This document shows, piece after piece, positions 20,292-26,223 of a stretch of DNA of 64,000 bases (positions within the stretch are counted from its first letter, which is position 1; each line of letters begins with the position of its first letter). The DNA is from an uncultured Clostridia bacterium (lineage in GTDB: Bacteria > Bacillota > Clostridia > Oscillospirales > Acutalibacteraceae). The notes beneath the pieces are model-generated. The model was not told the origin of the DNA. It saw only the letters and a program-made list of their open reading frames with translations, and made no database searches. The translations under genes were made by a program, and so were the position numbers. Location: the NCBI GenBank assembly GCA_937916395.1, contig CALFTN010000068.1, positions 6,373 through 70,372 on the forward strand. The letters run 5' to 3'.

Positions 20292-20293
20292 AA

Positions 20294-21565
20294 TTATTTC
20301 TCCTTGTGTTCGTCGCTTACTTCACAAACCTCGTTAAGGCAATATGTACCAGTTCTGTATGGTTCTCTGTCAATCCATCTGCCGTTTGTAAAGTCAGGGA
20401 ATGCAACAGGTGCACCGCCCAATGCAACCGACTGCTCTGAAAGGCAAGTAACTGCCATCCATGCTGCAGTATCGTAAACGTCAATAGGTGAACTGCCGTG
20501 ATTTAAGCTATCAACATAAGCTGAAAGAACGAGGAAGTCCATGCCACCATGACCAGCTTTAATGCCATCATTTTCATAAGCCTGCCAGAGTGGGTGTTCA
20601 TATTTTTCACGCCATGTTTTGAAGCTATCCCATTCGTGTTGCTTTTCAGACTGACCCTCAATATAAATTCTGCCGTAGCCGTCTGGTGCTTCTTCATAAA
20701 TGCCCTTTGTACCCTGAACCATGTAATCTCTTGAATATGGTCTAGGTAAACAGCAGTCGTGATTTAAAGTAATTGTTTCGCCGTTTGCACATTTGATAAT
20801 TGTTGTAGTAACATCACCACAATTAAAGTCTGTGCCATAAAGGTCATAATCTTCACCTTTATTTTCTTTAATCCACACATTAAGACCTTTTGATTTGCTT
20901 GAAACTGAAGTAAGTGTCAAGAAGCGGTTGCCACGGTTAATGCCAATAAGCTTTGCAATAGGTCCTAACTGGTGAGTAGGATAAAGCTCACCATTTCTCA
21001 TCATAAAGTTAAAGAGTCTGCCGTGGATATTTTCACGACCTAATGAAATTTCATCTCTTAAATCGTGACGATAACCACCTTCAAGGTGAATAATTTCGCC
21101 TAAAAGACCTTTTCTTACCATATTGAAAACAGCCATTTCGTTTCTGTCGTAGCAACAGTTTTCAAGAAGCATACAGATTTTGCCAGTATCTTCACTTGTT
21201 CTGACTAATTGCCAACATTCTTCAATAGATGCAGCACCGCCAACCTCCATTGCAACATGAAGACCAGCCCTCATTGCATCAACCGCAATTCTTGAGTGAG
21301 TAATCCATGTTGTTGCAATAACAACAGCATCAAGCTCTTCTTTTTCGAACATCTCTTTATAATCAAGATAAGCTTTTACTGGGTATTCTTTGTTGTTTCT
21401 TTCTTCAACAATTTCAATACCTTTTTCTGCTCTTTCAACAACGAGGTCACAAACCGCCGGAACCTTTACACCCTCAACCTGAAGAAGTAAATCAAGCATA
21501 CTTGAGCCTCTGCCGCTGATGCCAATAAAACCTATTCTTTGTACTTTATTTGCCACAAAAATCAC
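20294..21565 (-). CDS. Gfo/Idh/MocA family oxidoreductase
   Basis: IGFIGISGRG N-terminal Rossmann motif and a C-terminal alpha/beta domain, in a sugar-operon context. Confidence 0.8.
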   Translation of the reverse strand: MIFVANKVQRIGFIGISGRGSSMLDLLLQVEGVKVPAVCDLVVERAEKGIEIVEERNNKEYPVKAYLDYKEMFEKEELDAVVIATTWITHSRIAVDAMRAGLHVAMEVGGAASIEECWQLVRTSEDTGKICMLLENCCYDRNEMAVFNMVRKGLLGEIIHLEGGYRHDLRDEISLGRENIHGRLFNFMMRNGELYPTHQLGPIAKLIGINRGNRFLTLTSVSSKSKGLNVWIKENKGEDYDLYGTDFNCGDVTTTIIKCANGETITLNHDCCLPRPYSRDYMVQGTKGIYEEAPDGYGRIYIEGQSEKQHEWDSFKTWREKYEHPLWQAYENDGIKAGHGGMDFLVLSAYVDSLNHGSSPIDVYDTAAWMAVTCLSEQSVALGGAPVAFPDFTNGRWIDREPYRTGTYCLNEVCEVSDEHKEK

Positions 21566-21692
21566 CTACTAAAAATTATATATACATACATGGTTTATTG
21601 TAGCATAGATTTTTATGTTTTTCAATGATTATTTATAAAATTATTAAGCTTTTGGGTCAGGTGAATTCCTCACTGAAATCATATCGCAAAAT

Positions 21693-21744
21693 ACAACTCA
21701 GTTAACTGACTTTTTAAAATCAATTAACTGAGTTTTTTGTTTAA
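21693..21744. repeat. 52-nt direct repeat, left copy (terminator-like hairpin)
   Basis: ACAACTCAGTTAACTGACTTTTTAAAATCAATTAACTGAGTTTTTTGTTTAA, letter-identical to 23717-23768. Confidence 0.85.
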
Positions 21745-21805
21745 ATGCTATTAAACCTTACCTCTGAATTAAACTTTTTAACTATTCACTATTACTTCTT
21801 ACCTA

Positions 21806-21826
21806 AATCAGCCGTCCCCTGATTGT
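21806..21826 (+). repeat. GAACCGTCCCCTG-family repeat R1 (degenerate: AAATCAGCCGTCCCCTGATTG)
   Basis: Contains the stop codon and last codons (QSGDG*) of ORF 21808-22317. AATCAG/CTGATT arms. Confidence 0.6.
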
Positions 21827-22317
21827 TCTTCATCCCCAAGGAGCAATTGCATCAAAACATTTATATCTTGTGCATATTCATTTTTGTGATTTGAATAAAT
21901 GAGATATTCTTTACATTTTCCTATTGTATAAATAGCATTTATTGGTTCACTCTTACTTGTAAAATTGAACTCTTTTTTACTAGCAAGCGTTTTAATTACC
22001 TGTTCACCTTCATCCCAATATCTTGTAACATTAATATCAAACCCCTCGAAAGAAATTTTTGCAATTTTTTCTCCGGTTAAAACATCACCAATATAAAAAG
22101 CCTTATCTTTTTTAAAGCGACACAAAAACCAATTTTCCACTGGTAACCAAGATATCGCTTTCAAAGTTTTTTTGTAATAAAAAGCATTTTTATTGTTCAA
22201 AATTTTTTTCTCTTTATAATCCAAAAAACACCAATTACCAAAAGCATCCGGTAAATTAAACTTTAACCTTATAGCTGGGAAATAACGACAAGTTTTACTA
22301 AAAGATACTAGTGGCAA
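21808..22317 (-). CDS. hypothetical protein (orphan; possibly 5'-truncated)
   Basis: Track ORF with a TTG start. The same frame stays open ~40 codons further upstream, with no start codon, until a stop inside repeat R2. No family recognised. Confidence 0.45.
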   Translation of the reverse strand: MPLVSFSKTCRYFPAIRLKFNLPDAFGNWCFLDYKEKKILNNKNAFYYKKTLKAISWLPVENWFLCRFKKDKAFYIGDVLTGEKIAKISFEGFDINVTRYWDEGEQVIKTLASKKEFNFTSKSEPINAIYTIGKCKEYLIYSNHKNEYAQDINVLMQLLLGDEEQSGDG

Positions 22318-22434
22318 ACTTAAACCATTAATCTTAAAATCTTTCGAAAATTCATAATCAAGAAACGATTTATCTGAATTAAACTTAAATTTTGCAATAA
22401 CTGATTCTTTTTTATAATATCCTTTTCGACGTGA

Positions 22435-22490
22435 AAATCAGGGGACGGTTCTGTGATTGGGTTGTTTTTCCAATCAACCAACCCCTGATT
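22435..22490 (-). repeat. GAACCGTCCCCTG-family repeat R2 embedded in a compound palindrome
   Basis: AATCAGGGG-ACGGTTCTG-TGATTGG-gttgttttt-CCAATCA-accaa-CCCCTGATT followed by a T-run. Confidence 0.65.
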
Positions 22491-22530
22491 TTTTGTTAAA
22501 TTAAGATTTGAATAAGGTTTAAACTATCGA

Positions 22531-22590
22531 TAATCAAGGGGAGGGGGCTCAATCATAGAACCGTCTCCTGATTGCCCGCCTTCCCTTGAT
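22531..22590 (+). repeat. GAACCGTCCCCTG-family repeat R3 (variant GAACCGTCTCCTGATTG) inside a 17-nt-arm palindrome
   Basis: AATCAAGGGGAGGGGGC..ATAGAACCGTCTCCTGATT..GCCCGCCTTCCCTTGATT. The right arm encodes the ORF B C-terminus (..NQGKAGNQETVL*). Confidence 0.65.
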
Positions 22591-22990
22591 TGTTATGATT
22601 GTCATAATAAATCTCAAGTGCTTTCTTTGCATTTTTTCCGTATTGAAAATAATGATATGAATATTTGGGCGTTTCATCATTATTTGACAATTTTAATAAA
22701 ATTTCGATTGACTTATGTCTATATCTATTACCGATGCGTAATTCTAGAATTTCATCCCAATTATGTTGCCATATACATTCATCTTTAAAATAGCAAGCAA
22801 TTCCTATTTCATTAATAAAAATATACTTTCTAGGAGTTTTTGCATGTATATATATAATTAAAGAAATGGAAACGAAAACAAAAATAAAAATCCCAAAATC
22901 AATACACATAAATAACGATGAGATTATTAGTAAAAAAGAAAGTATTATTTTTGTTTCAAAAAAAAGAATATCATCCATACGAAAACACAT
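22553..22990 (-). CDS. hypothetical two-TM membrane protein (orphan)
   Basis: Two hydrophobic helices followed by a ~80-aa soluble tail. Start taken at ATG 22990, 6 nt after GGAGGTG; the track ORF opens at 23005. Confidence 0.5.
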   Translation of the reverse strand: MCFRMDDILFFETKIILSFLLIISSLFMCIDFGIFIFVFVSISLIIYIHAKTPRKYIFINEIGIACYFKDECIWQHNWDEILELRIGNRYRHKSIEILLKLSNNDETPKYSYHYFQYGKNAKKALEIYYDNHNNQGKAGNQETVL

Positions 22991-23041
22991 ACCAAACACC
23001 TCCATATAATTAGTTATGTGAATATACTAACTAATGTTCCT

Positions 23042-23069
23042 CTGATTGCCGAACCGTCCCCTGATTGCC
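23042..23069 (+). repeat. GAACCGTCCCCTG-family repeat R4
   Basis: CTGATTGCC-GAACCGTCCC-CTGATTGCC. Confidence 0.7.
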
Positions 23070-23072
23070 TTT

Positions 23073-23102
23073 GTTAAGACACAGAACCGTCCCCTGTCTT
23101 AA
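23073..23102 (+). repeat. GAACCGTCCCCTG-family repeat R5 (hairpin TTAAGACA..TGTCTTAA)
   Basis: GTTAAGACACAGAACCGTCCCCTGTCTTAA. Abuts the stop codon of ORF 23104-23565. Confidence 0.7.
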
Positions 23103-23103
23103 T

Positions 23104-23565
23104 CTAAAACCGTTTCTTGATTAAATATTCATGTTGGTTTAAAAATTTTTCAATTGAATCTGAATACTGCTCTAGATAAACTTTGAGATGACTTGTGTCA
23201 AAATAATTTTCAAAACAAATAAAAAAAGTGAAATTATTATTCAAAAATTTAGTAGTAATCTTTGGAGGAAGTTCTTCTATTGAATAAATACTAATATGTT
23301 TCGCATTAAAAAAATTAATATTTTTCAAAAAATCTGTTTGTTCACAGATATAATAATTGAAGTTTCCATTTTGTGAAAAAAATTTAGAATTCAAATCCAA
23401 AGTATCATTTAAAGGATCTTTTGAAAACAGTTCTACAACAATAACACCATTCTTTAATACATTACAAATTTCTGCTACAGTATCTGACAAATTTTTATTT
23501 TCGGTAGCGAAGCAATAATTTGAGTAATAATTTTTTAGAAATTTTAAATTTTTCATAATTACCAT
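23104..23565 (-). CDS. hypothetical cytoplasmic protein (orphan)
   Basis: Track ORF, 153 aa, N/F/K-rich, no recognisable family. Flanked by the inverted repeats R5 and R6. Confidence 0.5.
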   Translation of the reverse strand: MVIMKNLKFLKNYYSNYCFATENKNLSDTVAEICNVLKNGVIVVELFSKDPLNDTLDLNSKFFSQNGNFNYYICEQTDFLKNINFFNAKHISIYSIEELPPKITTKFLNNNFTFFICFENYFDTSHLKVYLEQYSDSIEKFLNQHEYLIKKRF

Positions 23566-23588
23566 TCACTTTCTGCTTCAGAAAAACG

Positions 23589-23615
23589 ATAAGACAGGGG
23601 ACGGTTCTATATCTT
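23589..23615 (-). repeat. GAACCGTCCCCTG-family repeat R6 (inverted relative to R5)
   Basis: ATAAGACAGGGGACGGTTCTATATCTT. Its reverse complement matches R5 over ~20 nt. Confidence 0.7.
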
Positions 23616-23716
23616 GTGCCGTCCGATGCCTTTTATTAATTTGAATGTATCAAATTTTTCAAAACAAATCAAGTAATTTTAAAATCTTCAACAAACCTAA
23701 ACAAAAGTGTTGAAAA

Positions 23717-23768
23717 ACAACTCAGTTAACTGACTTTTTAAAATCAATTAACTGAGTTTTTTGTTTAA
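23717..23768. repeat. 52-nt direct repeat, right copy
   Basis: Identical to 21693-21744. The hairpin has a T-run on the plus strand and GTTTTT on the minus strand, so it probably also terminates the OPT-PqqD operon. Confidence 0.85.
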
Positions 23769-23785
23769 TTGTTATTCAATTTTTG

Positions 23786-23820
23786 GTTAAGACGTAGAAC
23801 TAGCTACTGATTGTCTTAAT
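23786..23820 (+). repeat. degenerate GAACCGTCCCCTG-family copy R7
   Basis: GTTAAGACGTAGAACTAGCTACTGATTGTCTTAAT aligns with R5 plus the CTGATTG extension. Confidence 0.4.
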
Positions 23821-23837
23821 AATAATGAACCTAATTC

Positions 23838-24188
23838 CTAATTCCTAAACTCCACAAACTTATAACTCTCTAGAATCTGAAAATATTTTGCGAGTCTTTC
23901 ATAAAGTGGCTCTGCCTTTTCGCCAAAATGCTCTTTTACAAGAACACCTAACTCCAAAATAGTTTTTTCGCCATCTAACAGCGGCCACAAAAAACTGCCG
24001 TTTTCATCTAAATGAACGTAAGAAATTCTGGGCTTTCTAAAAAGCTTTTGGGCAACTGTATTGAAAAAGCCTGTATTTTCTATTTCTAAAGTCACCTTGT
24101 TTTCATCATCTTGCTTCCAGGTAATATTCTTATTTCTTACTGGTATTTTTTCAAGATAATTTTCATTGATTACTTCTTTCTTACTCAT
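23838..24188 (-). CDS. PqqD-family (RRE-like peptide-binding) protein
   Basis: The LDENGSFLWPLLDGEKTILELGVLVKEHF..LAKYFQILESYKFV pattern fits the PqqD family. Its start overlaps the OPT stop by 4 nt. Confidence 0.7.
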   Translation of the reverse strand: MSKKEVINENYLEKIPVRNKNITWKQDDENKVTLEIENTGFFNTVAQKLFRKPRISYVHLDENGSFLWPLLDGEKTILELGVLVKEHFGEKAEPLYERLAKYFQILESYKFVEFRN

Positions 24189-26113
24189 TGTTTTACCTTC
24201 TTTTGTTTTTTCAAAACAGAGAATGTTAAAAGCGAAAGAATTACAAGTGCAAACACAACAATACTCAAAATTTGTGAAACTCCTGAAGAAAGGTTTAACG
24301 CTCCTGAAATATTGATAAATTTATCTACACCGAAAATTGCAAGTACAGCAAGAACAATACCAATTAAGCCTTCGCCTGCAATCATACCTGAGCAGAAAAG
24401 AATACCATCGCTTGTTGCTTTGCTCTTTTTTTCTTCGTTCTTCATTTTATCAAAGCAAAGGCGCACAAGTCCACCAATCATAATGCACGTATTAAGGTGA
24501 ACAGGAAGATAAACACCAATAGCAAATGGAAGTACAGGAATACCAACAATCTCAACTACAACAGCTATAAGAGCACCAATAATAATGAGAATCCAAGGCA
24601 ATTCTCCACCCATAACGCCTTCAACAATCATTTTCATAAGAGTTGCCTGTGGAGCGGCAATTTCTTCTGAACCAAAGCCCCAGGCACTATCAAGAAGATA
24701 AAGTGTACCACCAATAGCAAGCGCAGAGGCAGTAACGCCAAAAACTTCACTGATTTGTTGTTTTTTAGGTGTTGAACCTAAAAGATAACCTGTTTTTAAA
24801 TCCTGAGAAGTATCGCCTGCAATAGCGGCAATAATACAGATAACAGAACCTATTGCAATAGCACTTTCCATACCACCTGCAATACCCTGTGGAGTATTAT
24901 CTACAGTTAATTTAAGTGTTAAGGTTGCAATTAAAAGTGTAGCAATAGCCATACCAGAAACTGGGTTGTTACTACTACCCACAAGACCTACCATTCTTGA
25001 AGAAACTGTTGCAAAAAAGAAACCAAATATAACAACAATTACTGCACCAACTAAAGAAATCGGAATAGCAGGAACAAGCCATACAAGTAACGTTAAAATT
25101 GCAATTACAATAAGCACTATTTTCATATTGATGTCTTGCTCTGTACGAAGACTGCTACTAGCAGAAGCACCCTTCATGCTCTTTAAAGCACCCTTAAAGG
25201 TATTTATGATAAGTGGCAAGGATTTTATAAGACTTATAATACCACCAGCCGCAAGTGCACCAGCACCTATATAACGGATATATGAGCTCCATATTCCAGC
25301 GGCACCACTTGAAGCATAAATTTCACCGATAGTAGCATCTACTGATGGGTACATTATAATATTTTCACCAAACAATACAATAAGAGGAATTAAAACCATC
25401 CAGCTTAAGATACCACCAGCGAACATATATGATGAAATTTTAGGTCCACAAATAAAACCAACACTCATAACAGCCGGATAAATCTGAGTACCAATTTCAC
25501 CAGCAAAGCCTTTGAATCTTAAGGCTACTTCACCAGGCACAGCCTTTAAACCATCTATTATAAACTTAAAAGCAGCAGCAAAACCCATACCGGCAAAAAC
25601 CGTAGAAGCATTTGAGCCACCCTCTTCACCTGCCAAAAGCACCTCTGCACAAGCAGTTCCTTCTGGATATGGCAAAACATTATGTTCTTTTACAATAAGT
25701 GCATTTCTTAATGGAATCATAAAAAATACACCTAAAAGACCTCCTAAAAGAGCAATAGTTGTTATTTCTAACATATCAGGCTTTTCCAATTTACCTTCAT
25801 TTGCCCACAAGAAAAGAGCCGGTAATGTAAAAATAGCACCAGCGGCAACAGACTCACCTGCAGAGCCTATTGTCTGAACTATATTGCTTTCTAAAATTGA
25901 GTTTTTTCTTAAAACAACTCTTATAACACCCATAGCGATAACCGCTGCAGGAATTGATGCGGAAACAGTCATACCAACCCTAAGTCCCAAATAAGCATTT
26001 GCAGCACCAAAAACAACAGCCAAAATCACACCCATAATTATTGAAGTAACTGTAAGCTCTGGTGTGATTTTTGAAGCCGGAATATAAGGCTTGAATTCTT
26101 TTTTGTTATCCAT
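24185..26113 (-). CDS. OPT-family oligopeptide transporter
   Basis: 642 aa, about 16 hydrophobic segments, N-terminal PELTVTSIIMGVILAVVFGAANAYLGLRVGMTVSASIPAAV signature. Confidence 0.85.
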   Translation of the reverse strand: MDNKKEFKPYIPASKITPELTVTSIIMGVILAVVFGAANAYLGLRVGMTVSASIPAAVIAMGVIRVVLRKNSILESNIVQTIGSAGESVAAGAIFTLPALFLWANEGKLEKPDMLEITTIALLGGLLGVFFMIPLRNALIVKEHNVLPYPEGTACAEVLLAGEEGGSNASTVFAGMGFAAAFKFIIDGLKAVPGEVALRFKGFAGEIGTQIYPAVMSVGFICGPKISSYMFAGGILSWMVLIPLIVLFGENIIMYPSVDATIGEIYASSGAAGIWSSYIRYIGAGALAAGGIISLIKSLPLIINTFKGALKSMKGASASSSLRTEQDINMKIVLIVIAILTLLVWLVPAIPISLVGAVIVVIFGFFFATVSSRMVGLVGSSNNPVSGMAIATLLIATLTLKLTVDNTPQGIAGGMESAIAIGSVICIIAAIAGDTSQDLKTGYLLGSTPKKQQISEVFGVTASALAIGGTLYLLDSAWGFGSEEIAAPQATLMKMIVEGVMGGELPWILIIIGALIAVVVEIVGIPVLPFAIGVYLPVHLNTCIMIGGLVRLCFDKMKNEEKKSKATSDGILFCSGMIAGEGLIGIVLAVLAIFGVDKFINISGALNLSSGVSQILSIVVFALVILSLLTFSVLKKQKKVKQ

Positions 26114-26187
26114 AAAATACTCCTGTCTTTTTATAAAATACCCTTTAATTTTATCATCACTCTATTAGTATTGCAAGTTTTTTAGAA

Positions 26188-26218
26188 ATAAAACAGGGAC
26201 TTTCCAGAAAGTCCCTGC
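26188..26218 (-). terminator. intrinsic terminator after the ABC gene
   Basis: CAGGGACTTTC-caga-AAGTCCCTG with a T-run on the minus strand. Confidence 0.75.
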
Positions 26219-26223
26219 CTTGT

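Noticed and set aside
21693-21744. Treating the two 52-mers as independent, ordinary terminators.
   Set aside because: Independent terminators would not be letter-identical over 52 nt including the loop and flanks. The duplication is therefore reported as a finding, while terminator function is retained as a likely role.
21838-22555. An apparent 1-nt disagreement between my manual codon count and the ORF-track coordinates at the 3' ends of ORFs 21808-22317 and 22553-23005. This could be read as a frameshift.
   Set aside because: It is most likely my own miscount of homopolymer runs. The computed track is taken as authoritative, and nearby hand-called coordinates are flagged as +/-2 nt.
21806-23820. 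The GAACCGTCCCCTG repeats read as a CRISPR array.
   Set aside because: Repeat spacing is irregular (about 30 to 500 nt). Orientation is mixed. The intervals contain ordinary ORFs. The repeat units differ in their flanks. There are no cas genes in the window.
21806-23820. The island read as an integron cassette array, with the palindromes as attC sites.
   Set aside because: There is no intI integrase or attI in the window. The hairpins are short (8-17-nt arms). I could not find the RYYYAAC/GTTRRRY core sites. I keep only the generic cassette-boundary hypothesis.
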